A stretch of 64,000 bases of DNA from an uncultured Collinsella sp. (lineage in GTDB: Bacteria; Actinomycetota; Coriobacteriia; Coriobacteriales; Coriobacteriaceae), in assembly GCA_902490365.1 (NCBI GenBank), contig CABUDQ010000001.1:2531-66530 (forward strand). The letters run 5' to 3'. Below, piece after piece: positions 37,833 to 49,902 of this stretch. The translations under genes were made by a program, and so were the position numbers. The notes under the pieces were generated by a model. That model saw only the letters and a program-made list of their open reading frames with translations. It had not been told where the DNA came from and searched no databases. How positions within the stretch are numbered: position 1 is the first letter of the stretch; every line of letters begins with the position of its first letter.

Positions 37833-39194
37833 ATGCTACGCCGCAAGGTCACTGATAGGCTTTTGAGCTGGAAGAATAACTCCCATAAGGCCCTGCTTGT
37901 TACCGGTGCGCGTCAGATTGGCAAGAGCTATGCGATTCGCGCGTTTGGAAAGAGCAACTACGCTTCGTATTATGAGGTCAATCTGCTACTTGATGCCGAG
38001 GCAAGAGACGTACTTGTTGGCGCTAAGAACTCCATTGACTTCATCAACCGTGTGGCCCTTCTTGCGGATGCACCGCTTGTTGAAGGAGACACGCTTATCT
38101 TCGTCGATGAGATTCAGGAGTATCCGCAGATCGTTACACTTATGAAGGCGCTGGTCGAGGACGGACGCTTTAGCTATGTCTTCTCGGGGTCTATGCTTGG
38201 GACTGAGTTTAAGGGGATCTCTTCTTTCCCGGTGGGGTATGTCGAGCACATTGTTATGCGGCCAATGGATTTTGAAGAGTTTTGTTGGGCAAACAGCATC
38301 AGCGAGAATGTGCTTGCAGACATCCGCAGCTGCCTTGTCGAGAGGCGTCCCGTCGAAAATTTTATTCATGAGGCGATGCTCAAAAACTTTAGAGCTTATA
38401 TCGTTTGCGGCGGCATGCCGGAGGTCGTTCAGAACTATATCGATTCGGGCTATTCGCTCGTGAGAACGCGTGAGCTTCAAATTCAGCTAGTCGATCAGTA
38501 CAAAAGCGATATCTCTAAATATGCATCGACTCGAGCGTTTAACGTTCGCTCCATTTTCGAGCAAATTCCCGTTCAGCTTGAGGCGGAGTCCCATCGCTTT
38601 ATCGTCTCGTCTCTAGGCGAGGGAGCTCGTCTTCAAAAATACGAGCAGGATTTCCTATGGCTGGTGAACGCAGGCGTTGGATTGATGGTCCCCCAGGTGA
38701 CGGAGGCCCGGAGTCCTCTTAAGAGGACAGAGAAGGCAGCCGCCTTCAAACTATACGAGTCCGATACAGGAATGCTCGCATCGCGATATCCCGGTAGCAC
38801 GGCACGCGCTGTATATCTAGATATGAAAACCCCCAACCTCGGCGGTCTCTATGAAAACGTGGTCGCGCAGGAGCTTGTTGCCCTTGGAACTGATGCATGG
38901 TACTACCAGACACGCGAGGTCGGCGAAGTTGACTTTGTGATCGAAGGCACCCGCGGGCACGTTGTTCCAATCGAGGTCAAATCGGGCAAGAAGGTTCGAG
39001 CCCATGCGGCCCTCGACCGTCTGATGAGCGTGAGCGAGTACAAAATCCCCGAGGCCGTTGTGCTGAGCCACGAAAACCTTTGCAAAGAGGGCAAGGTCCT
39101 TTACGTTCCAATCTATATGACATTCTGTCTCGATGAGTTTATGGAAAAGGACGACCCCAACAACGATTTCTCGTTTGCACCCATATCTCTCTAG
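37833..39194 (+). CDS. AAA+ ATPase (AAA_14 type) with C-terminal DUF4143/PD-(D/E)xK-like domain
   Basis: GARQIGKS Walker A, IFVDEIQE Walker B, SGS, GGMPE, LYENVVAQEL, EVDFV...PIEVKSG; visibly lower GC than neighbours. Confidence 0.88.
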   Translation: MLRRKVTDRLLSWKNNSHKALLVTGARQIGKSYAIRAFGKSNYASYYEVNLLLDAEARDVLVGAKNSIDFINRVALLADAPLVEGDTLIFVDEIQEYPQIVTLMKALVEDGRFSYVFSGSMLGTEFKGISSFPVGYVEHIVMRPMDFEEFCWANSISENVLADIRSCLVERRPVENFIHEAMLKNFRAYIVCGGMPEVVQNYIDSGYSLVRTRELQIQLVDQYKSDISKYASTRAFNVRSIFEQIPVQLEAESHRFIVSSLGEGARLQKYEQDFLWLVNAGVGLMVPQVTEARSPLKRTEKAAAFKLYESDTGMLASRYPGSTARAVYLDMKTPNLGGLYENVVAQELVALGTDAWYYQTREVGEVDFVIEGTRGHVVPIEVKSGKKVRAHAALDRLMSVSEYKIPEAVVLSHENLCKEGKVLYVPIYMTFCLDEFMEKDDPNNDFSFAPISL

Positions 39195-39224
39195 GTCATC
39201 TGAGTCCGCAAGCCAGCCCCCCAC

Positions 39225-39435
39225 GCCCAAAGTACTGCGCCTTTCGCGCCAAAGGCGCGAAACAGCAAGGGGATAGAAGGCAGCGACAACCAACTCCCCC
39301 ACTATGCCCAAAGTGCTGCGATGTTTCGCGCAAAGCGCGAAACAGCACTGGGGCAGCAGAAGGCCACAATCAGCTAGCCCTCCATGCCCAAAGTGGCGCG
39401 TGGTTTCGCGGCCACGCCGCGAAACAGCGACCGGG
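39225..39435 (+). repeat. Three degenerate ~80-bp tandem units, each with a TTTCGCG...CGCGAAA hairpin
   Basis: GCCCAAAGT starts at 39225, 39306 and 39386; the inner stems covary. Confidence 0.8.
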
Positions 39436-39495
39436 ACAAGGCACCCCCACAGCCACGTCCTTCATTCAGCCCCACAATCCGAGGACGTAGTCGTA

Positions 39496-39617
39496 GCGGG
39501 ATCTGAGGGCTGACCTTCGCGGACATTCCGCACGAAAGAGCCCCCGCCGCACGTAGTGCGCAGCGGGGGTTCTTTCATGTCCGAGGACGTCCGCGAAGGT
39601 TAGCCCTCAGATCCTGC
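39496..39617. repeat. 122-nt rod-like hairpin after nifJ
   Basis: 29-bp outer arms (39496-39524 / 39589-39617, two G-T pairs); inner GAAAGAGCCCCCGC/GCGGGGGTTCTTTC; apical CGCAC-GTA-GTGCG. Confidence 0.8.
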
Positions 39618-39627
39618 GGTGGGAGAC

Positions 39628-43167
<3,540 letters not shown>

Positions 43168-43559
43168 ATACCCCTCTCCTCTCATATAGGTATACAGGCC
43201 CCGGCGATCGCCGGGATGTTGGCGTGATGGGATTTACGCTGTTGCTTCCGATCATCTGACAGGCGGACTCAGCAGCAGGTACATGGCATGGAGAGAAGGC
43301 ATGCCGAGGCGAGGAGGGCTTCACGCGCTCCACAGGCCCAGCTACCCGTCTTGCACATGACCGAGCGCCGCAAAGGCCGCATGCCGGATGCTCCCGGGCA
43401 CGCCCCGGCGATGGGAAGCGCCCGCAACGGAAATCCGCATGCGGGTTTATTGTACCCCGCCGTCAAGTGTAATTTCGACAAATATAGGTGGGCGGTAAAG
43501 GTTTACCTTAGGTGACCGCCAAGGGCCAAAATGGTCCCTCCATCCCCGGGCGACTGGCT

Positions 43560-43619
43560 CTGGCGCGCCAAGGAGTGTCCCCATGTGCCGGTAGAAAAGG
43601 AACGTCCCTAACTGCCGGC
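43560..43619 (+). repeat. Tandem REP-like units (GTCCC-loop family)
   Basis: GCCGGTA-GAAAAGGAACGTCCCTAAC-TGCCGGC at 43587-43619, nearly identical to 35949-35979; a degenerate unit precedes it. Confidence 0.65.
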
Positions 43620-44557
43620 TAGAGGGCGCCAAGGAGGATGGCGTAGGTGGTGGATTCGCCGAGTTTGAGCTCGTCGCCGGGGTTGAGCCGGGCGGAACGG
43701 CCGGGCTCTACTTGAATACACACGCTCGTGGCCCCGTTTACCACCACGGTGCCGTTCGTGGATGACAGGTCCTCGACAAACCATGTGCCAGAATCGTCGC
43801 ACCAGATATGGGCATGGCGGGCCGAGACATCGTCGCCGACATCGGTGATGTCGCCCTCCCCCGTTGCCAGCGCGCCGATCTCGACGCCTTCCTCACTCGG
43901 CTGGATCCAGCGCGGGGCGCTCACCACGTAGCCGTTTTGCACGCGCAACAGTCCCAACGGATGCGCCGGCGCGGCCTCGTGCTCGCCCGCGACCGAAGAT
44001 GTGCTCAGCGAGCGCGGCGTCGACGTGGCGCCGCCACAGGTCGCATGAGCGTAGTCGATGGCATAGGTCACCGACGAGCGGACATCAGCCGAGCAACCCA
44101 CGGCGACAAACAGCACCAGGATGGCCTCGGCGCGCTCGGCGGGCATGAGCTCAGCCGCCTGCGACAGGCGCTCAAGCGCATTACGATAGAGATTCGTGTC
44201 CTGATGGCATTCCTCGAGTGCCCGCACCATGGGCTCGCCAGCGGGGCCGCACACCATATTGGTCACGGCCGCGGCGTCCATGGGATTGCGCCGCCGCAAG
44301 GCCAGCTGCGACATAATGCGCGCGGCCGAGGTGCCGTAATCGGCAAAATAACGTTCCTGCAGCGTGCCGACCGGCGCGCGCACGATAAAGCGCGAAACCC
44401 AGGAGCGATCGGCGGCACGGCTCTGCGGACTACGGCCGTCGGCGAGCGGGCGGCTCGAGAGCACCAGGCCGCACAGTTCGATATGACTCAGGTGCGCTGC
44501 GCGCTTAAAGATGTCAAACATTGCCCCGCACGGGGTGAGCTCGGCTCGAGAAGCCAT
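43619..44557 (-). CDS. FHA-domain protein with an uncharacterised helical N-terminal domain
   Basis: C-terminal VSARHAHI...EDLSSTNGT...LNPGDELKLG FHA motifs. Confidence 0.85.
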   Translation of the reverse strand: MASRAELTPCGAMFDIFKRAAHLSHIELCGLVLSSRPLADGRSPQSRAADRSWVSRFIVRAPVGTLQERYFADYGTSAARIMSQLALRRRNPMDAAAVTNMVCGPAGEPMVRALEECHQDTNLYRNALERLSQAAELMPAERAEAILVLFVAVGCSADVRSSVTYAIDYAHATCGGATSTPRSLSTSSVAGEHEAAPAHPLGLLRVQNGYVVSAPRWIQPSEEGVEIGALATGEGDITDVGDDVSARHAHIWCDDSGTWFVEDLSSTNGTVVVNGATSVCIQVEPGRSARLNPGDELKLGESTTYAILLGAL

Positions 44558-44560
44558 GGC

Positions 44561-46402
44561 TTAGCCCTCCTTGGTCGCAGAGATAGTGTCGGATACTTCG
44601 GCCGGCCCGCCAAAGGCGCGGGCAGCCGCGGCTCCGCCGGCAAGCGGCGTCGCCATGGGAATTTTCACACGTCGCGCTGACACGACGGGAAGCTCAAAGG
44701 CAAACCCCATCGCCAGCAAAAACCACGTGAGCGCATAGGTTGCAATTATGGCGGCCACCAGGCCACCCGCCACGGCATACTGGGAAAACACGGTACATGC
44801 GAGTGCGGCCAGAGCCGGGACCCCGCAGGCGGAAAGGGCCAACACGCCCTGCAGGAACCCCGCGCGGCGATTGCGCGCCAAGGCTCCGGTGGCAATGCCC
44901 ACCATGCCCGGCAGCGCCAACGCCAGCGCGGCGATAATGGCTGGCAGCTTCCCGGACCACATAAGCGGTCCCACGATGAGCGTCACATGGGCGCCCGACG
45001 CCAACAGCGCCGCTGATACCACAACCACAGCCCAAAGCACGCCGCATACCGCCGTCGCACCAACCATCGCCGCGCGCCGGGCCGTGTGCCCCGATACCTC
45101 CATCGGGCACGGCATGAGCGGCTCGGCGCGAAGCGAGCGGGCGACATTTTGCGCATAGTGGTCGCAAAATGCCGAGAGCGCCGCCTCCACCGCAGCCGGC
45201 TCGGGACGATCTTCCTGATGGCAGGACAGGCAGGCCATCACCACATCGAACAGCTGAGCATCGACAAACGCCAGCGCATCGCGCAGATCCTCGGAATTTG
45301 GATCGAGCCCCAGCTGCTGAGCCTGTTCGGCCGCGGCAAGTGCCACATCGGGCTCGCGTCGCAGCAGTTGCGTCAAGTCGCAGCCGGGCGCGTGGGCGCC
45401 GACGGGATAATCGGGCAGCGTATCCATCTTGAGGCGATAAGGGCTGGCGATATCGCGAGTCTTTTTGCGCGAGCCCGAAGTACCCGACGCACCCGGCGCT
45501 ACTTCGTACGGCGCGACACCGGCGATGAGCTCGTAGACCGTACTCGCCGCTGCATAGACATCGATCGCCGGCGACATGCGAAGCATGCGCAGGTCGGGAA
45601 TATCGTCGGTGAGCATCTCGGGCGGGGCGTAGGCCACCGTCGCGCGGCGCAACGTGGCATAGCGCTCGGTAAACGACGCCTTGCCGCCGGCGCCGGCCAC
45701 CGCAGAAGCGGGCTCGAACGCCAGCGACGAGCCAAAGTCGATCAAGCACAGGTCGAAGGTGCCTTCGGCAAGCTGTCGGTCGAGCGGCAGGCGCGCCGTG
45801 CGCACCATAATATTAGCGGGCGAGATATCGCGATGGACGAACCCCTCGCCTACCAAGCTCATGCGGCAGAGCAGATCGAACAGGTCGCGACCCAGGCGCG
45901 CCGCCACGAGCGGCGACAGACGCCCGGCATCGTCCACGGCAAGGCGCGAGCGCAGGCGAGCGAGCGTCTCGCCCTCGACCCACTCCATGACAATCGCGGG
46001 CACGCCGTCGACCTCGCCCCACCCGTACAAGCGGGGAAAGCCCTTAAGGCCCGAAAGGGCACGATGGCATTCATATTCCTCGCGAAACGCCGCCTTGAAC
46101 TTGGTGACCAGAGCCTCGTGGGCGACACCGTCATCAAATTCGTCGCGCGTTGGCAAGATGAGCTGCTTGAGCGCCACGGCCTCGCCCTGCGCGTTGACGG
46201 CACGCGTCACGCGGCCGATACCGCCGCGGCGCATGGTGGCGTCATCGGCAAACAGCATCGTAAAACGGCGCAGGTAGGCGGGAAGCTCGTCCGTGCCTAG
46301 GGCGACGGCCGGCTCAAACCCATCGACGCGCGCCAGGCGCAGGCCCACCATGGGATCGTGGGCAAGCGATTGGCTTGTGGCGGAAACAAGATTGGTCATC
46401 AT
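44561..46402 (-). CDS. Hanks-type Ser/Thr protein kinase with a C-terminal multi-TM region
   Basis: GGIGRV, VALK, HRDISPANIM, DFG, YAPPE, IDVYA; about 4 TM at the C-terminus. Confidence 0.88.
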   Translation of the reverse strand: MMTNLVSATSQSLAHDPMVGLRLARVDGFEPAVALGTDELPAYLRRFTMLFADDATMRRGGIGRVTRAVNAQGEAVALKQLILPTRDEFDDGVAHEALVTKFKAAFREEYECHRALSGLKGFPRLYGWGEVDGVPAIVMEWVEGETLARLRSRLAVDDAGRLSPLVAARLGRDLFDLLCRMSLVGEGFVHRDISPANIMVRTARLPLDRQLAEGTFDLCLIDFGSSLAFEPASAVAGAGGKASFTERYATLRRATVAYAPPEMLTDDIPDLRMLRMSPAIDVYAAASTVYELIAGVAPYEVAPGASGTSGSRKKTRDIASPYRLKMDTLPDYPVGAHAPGCDLTQLLRREPDVALAAAEQAQQLGLDPNSEDLRDALAFVDAQLFDVVMACLSCHQEDRPEPAAVEAALSAFCDHYAQNVARSLRAEPLMPCPMEVSGHTARRAAMVGATAVCGVLWAVVVVSAALLASGAHVTLIVGPLMWSGKLPAIIAALALALPGMVGIATGALARNRRAGFLQGVLALSACGVPALAALACTVFSQYAVAGGLVAAIIATYALTWFLLAMGFAFELPVVSARRVKIPMATPLAGGAAAARAFGGPAEVSDTISATKEG

Positions 46403-47307
46403 AGAGCGATCGCCGCCACATTGTTATTGAAGTTGTTGAGCGCGACGTTATCGTCGCCGTAATGTCCGACCCATTGACACAGGTTTGTGTAGCAGCCCCA
46501 AAGGTTGGCGAATTGTCGATACCACTTTGACTGGGGAGGAAACGTCTGCCGGCCAAACTCGGCACGGATGGCAAACATGTCATTGACCAGGCTGTCGCAC
46601 GGTCCGGTGTCGCCCGTGGCGTTATAGGTCGACACCACGCTATTGGCGCGGGCGACATAGCCATCGAGCATGTTGTATTTGGTCACGAGCCAACTGTGGA
46701 TACTCTCCTCCTCGGCAGCTGAGAGGCTACCCGAGCCCGTGTCGCCGCCGGCGCCGCCGTCCATCGAGCCACCACTCGAAGATCCGCCGCCAGAAGCGGA
46801 GCCCGAACCGGAACCGCCGTCCGAGCCCGACGAACCGGTGCCAGAACCGGACCCATCCGAGCCGCCGGGTTTACCCGCCTGCTGCGTACCCTGTTCCTTC
46901 TGCTGCTCCGCCTTGTTAACGATAGATGCCACGCTGTTGTTGGAAAGCTTCGTAATGACTTTGGTGTTGGTGAGCACGATGGTCTTGCCGTTTGCCAGCG
47001 TGATCTCGTTGTCCGATGTTTCGGGACTGTCCGCATCGTCGCCACCGAACACAACGTGCGAGACCACGCTCGCCCACGCATATCCAGTTGTCGTTCCCAA
47101 ATCGCTTTTGGCCTTGCGCCCAATATGCAGCTCGCGCGCAGCATGCGCCTGCACCATGGACGGCACCGTCATGCCATAAGCCGAAACACTGGCTATGGCC
47201 AGCACGAGCGAGCAAGACAGCAGCACACACGCCCGAGGCGCCAGGCCCAGCCGGCGTCGCATGCGCACCGCGGCGCCATGCTTTGTCTGAGTGCCCCCGG
47301 GCCGCAT
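46399..47307 (-). CDS. Hypothetical membrane-anchored or secreted protein with a Gly/Ser linker
   Basis: ATG at 47307 with GGAGGAG RBS; basic region plus hydrophobic helix; GSDGSGSGTGSSGSDGG linker; Cys-containing C-terminal domain; ATGA overlap with the kinase. Confidence 0.72.
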   Translation of the reverse strand: MRPGGTQTKHGAAVRMRRRLGLAPRACVLLSCSLVLAIASVSAYGMTVPSMVQAHAARELHIGRKAKSDLGTTTGYAWASVVSHVVFGGDDADSPETSDNEITLANGKTIVLTNTKVITKLSNNSVASIVNKAEQQKEQGTQQAGKPGGSDGSGSGTGSSGSDGGSGSGSASGGGSSSGGSMDGGAGGDTGSGSLSAAEEESIHSWLVTKYNMLDGYVARANSVVSTYNATGDTGPCDSLVNDMFAIRAEFGRQTFPPQSKWYRQFANLWGCYTNLCQWVGHYGDDNVALNNFNNNVAAIAL

Positions 47308-47550
47308 GCGTTCTCCTCCAACAAAAACACGCCGCTCAGGAGCGGCGCATTCTTTCATATCCACAGTTGAGTGTATCAGCGAACCCAAAAGGTTGCGCAA
47401 CGAATGGGCAAATACGAGGTGCGAGCGGACCCATCCACGCGATAAGCGGATGAAAAGCAGGTTTGTTGCACAACAAATAAATGAACGCGCACCCAATTAT
47501 GAGTGCCCCGTGCGGCAGGCCGACGGGACATGCCGCGAAGCTGACGCCGC

Positions 47551-48147
47551 TTAGATCGCGCGGCGGGCCTCGATAGCGCGGCCAAGCGTAAGCTCGTCGG
47601 CATACTCCAAGTCGCCGCCCACGGGAAGGCCGCTCGCAAGACGCGATACCTCAACGCCCAGCGGCTTGATGGTGCGAGCGAGATAGCTCGCCGTGGTCTC
47701 GCCCTCGATATTGGGGTTGGTGGCGATAATGACCTCGTGGATGTCCTCGCGGCCCAGACGCGCCAGCAGCTCGCGGATATGCAGCTGCTCGGGACCGATC
47801 TTGTCCATGGGGCTGATCACGCCGCCCAGCACATGGTACAGGCCATGGTAGCTGCCCGTGCGCTCAATCGCCTGGACATCGCGCGGCTCGCCCACCACGC
47901 AGATACGGGTGGTGTCGCGCATCGGGTCCTGGCAGATGGAGCACTCGTCGGCCGTGGCGTAGTTAAAGCAGCGGCTGCAAAAGTGAACCTCCTGCTTAAC
48001 CTCCAGGATGGCCTCGGCCAGGCGACGCGCCTCCTCGGCATCGGCCTCGAGCAGGTAATAGGCGATGCGCTGAGCCGACTTAGGGCCAATGCCCGGCAGG
48101 CGGCCCAGCTCATCGAGCAGTTTTTGCAGACTGTGATTCGCACTCAT
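47551..48147 (-). CDS. recR: Recombination mediator RecR
   Basis: [12 protein letters not shown]4 zinc finger, Toprim (EGETTA), [16 protein letters not shown]. Confidence 0.97.
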   Translation of the reverse strand: MSANHSLQKLLDELGRLPGIGPKSAQRIAYYLLEADAEEARRLAEAILEVKQEVHFCSRCFNYATADECSICQDPMRDTTRICVVGEPRDVQAIERTGSYHGLYHVLGGVISPMDKIGPEQLHIRELLARLGREDIHEVIIATNPNIEGETTASYLARTIKPLGVEVSRLASGLPVGGDLEYADELTLGRAIEARRAI

Positions 48148-48160
48148 ATATATGCGTGTC

Positions 48161-48481
48161 TTAGAACGGCATGCCCGGGATGTTGAGGCCGCCGGTGATG
48201 GCGCCCATCTGCTTGTTGGCGAGCTCGTTAACGCCGCGGACGGCCTCGTTAACGGCAGCCATGATCATGTCCTGCAGCATATCGACGTCCTCGGGATCGA
48301 GGGCATCGGGGTCGATGGTAAGGTTGACGAGCTCCATCTCGCCGTTAACGGTCACCTTGACCATACCGCCGCCGGCAGAGGCGTCGACGGTCTGGGACTT
48401 GAGGTTCTCCTGCGCGGCGGCAAGCTGCTCCTGCATCTTGCGAGCCTGCTTCATCATCTGCTGCATGTTCATACCGGCCAT
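48161..48481 (-). CDS. ybaB: YbaB/EbfC nucleoid-associated protein
   Basis: [39 protein letters not shown]; adjacent to recR. Confidence 0.93.
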   Translation of the reverse strand: MAGMNMQQMMKQARKMQEQLAAAQENLKSQTVDASAGGGMVKVTVNGEMELVNLTIDPDALDPEDVDMLQDMIMAAVNEAVRGVNELANKQMGAITGGLNIPGMPF

Positions 48482-48820
48482 GATGGCTCCTTTACGTGCG
48501 GCCGCACGCCGAGCTGCAAGGGCAGCCGGAGCGCGGCGGGACTTTCAAACTCAAAAATCGTACCACGGCGTGAGGCCAGCGAACGGGGCGGACACGCTAC
48601 CTCAGTCGATATACATGTCCTCCAATACAAACCGCACGCAAAGATTATGCAAGGTCGAATTATGCAAGGCTGCATAATATCGCACACTCAATCTAGTAGA
48701 GCCGAATCCGGCATTTCATGTGTGCCACTAAACAGCTAAATGCCGAACCGCTGCTCGAGGCGGCGCACATGGCGGCAGGGTATAATTTGGTTGCCATAAA
48801 TAGCAATTTGGAGGTACCCC

Positions 48821-49297
48821 GTGAATGCCCCCGACGCGCTCCAAAACATCCGCTCAAAACACCCCGCTCTATATTTGGTTATCTATCTCTTTGCCGCCTG
48901 GGCATTGCTGGTTATCGTCACCCACGCTATAGCCTTTGGAGCAGAACTGCTGGTAGCCAGCTCGGACCAGCCAACCGTCAAATGGGAAGCGACCGATGAG
49001 TGCACCGACGGAACCCGAACCGTTTACTACAACAGCCCGTCCCTCTACCAAGAGCTCAAGGTCAAGATAAAAGATTCCAAGATTGTCGATGCCGAGCTAG
49101 GCTCTTTTTTGACAATCGGAGCAACCGTCAGCGCCGAACAAGTCGGGTACTCGGACAGCCGCGCGACGTATCGTGTCGACCTCAGCACCCTAGGCCGACC
49201 GTCACGCATCTGCCTGCTCGAATGCGAGACACGCGGCACCACGCTACACATGTCCGAAATTCAAATGCGCCCGGATAAAGAGCCCCTAAAGGGCTAG
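48821..49297 (+). CDS. Hypothetical protein with an N-terminal TM
   Basis: GTG start with GGAGG RBS and upstream TATAAT; one TM followed by a beta-rich domain. Confidence 0.7.
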   Translation: MNAPDALQNIRSKHPALYLVIYLFAAWALLVIVTHAIAFGAELLVASSDQPTVKWEATDECTDGTRTVYYNSPSLYQELKVKIKDSKIVDAELGSFLTIGATVSAEQVGYSDSRATYRVDLSTLGRPSRICLLECETRGTTLHMSEIQMRPDKEPLKG

Positions 49298-49322
49298 GGG
49301 TCCTAAGCCCAGCAAGCGATTC

Positions 49323-49595
49323 TCAACAGTAAAACGACAGCCCACCGGTTGTTTCTTTCCAGCGTTTGCAAATCAGCGCATGGTTAGATGAAACAAACTG
49401 CATGATATCGCGTAAATCCCGAGCAGGAATATCGCCCTTGTTATGGGCCAGCTTGCATCCGCCGGAGCGGGTAAGCCATATCTTGGTTGCCTCGGCAGTG
49501 GGGCGCTTGACCGCAACGTGAACATGGACAGGTTCGCCGTTCTCCCCCGTCCAGAAGAAGATGATGTACGGCCCGAGTCGAAACAGACTAGGCAT
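49323..49595 (-). CDS. DUF4160-like small protein (putative TA component)
   Basis: MPSLFRLGPYIIFFW...EPVHVHV...ATKIWL pattern; start overlaps the upstream gene stop. Confidence 0.75.
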   Translation of the reverse strand: MPSLFRLGPYIIFFWTGENGEPVHVHVAVKRPTAEATKIWLTRSGGCKLAHNKGDIPARDLRDIMQFVSSNHALICKRWKETTGGLSFYC

Positions 49596-49848
49596 AGACT
49601 CGTCCGCCTTCGTAGGCAAAACGCAGGATGAGCGGGGCATTGTTGCGCACGAAATCATCGAGTTCTTTGAGGTTCGCTTCGCTAAAGCCCTCGTGTGACA
49701 CCCAATTGAATGCCGGCAAGATACACTCCGCCGTGTCAAAACCCCAATCGCGCGGGCGCTCCACAACAACCTTCACCGTGTTGTCCTCCCGGACTTCGGA
49801 ATACGAAACTTGCGTATCGTCCTCAAGGCGGACATATTCCCACATCAT
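49588..49848 (-). CDS. Small acidic hypothetical protein, partner of the DUF4160-like gene
   Basis: 86 aa, acidic, 8-nt overlap with the downstream gene; TATACT -10 just upstream. Confidence 0.72.
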   Translation of the reverse strand: MMWEYVRLEDDTQVSYSEVREDNTVKVVVERPRDWGFDTAECILPAFNWVSHEGFSEANLKELDDFVRNNAPLILRFAYEGGRVYA

Positions 49849-49902
49849 AAGCTCGCTCCGTTCAAAGGGTTCTCTTCTTGAGCAGTATACCCGCCTGCGC
49901 AG

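Noticed and set aside
39225..39435. Possible CRISPR array
   Set aside because: Only three units, the repeats are not identical, the linkers resemble each other and there are no cas genes. Kept as a non-CRISPR repeat finding.
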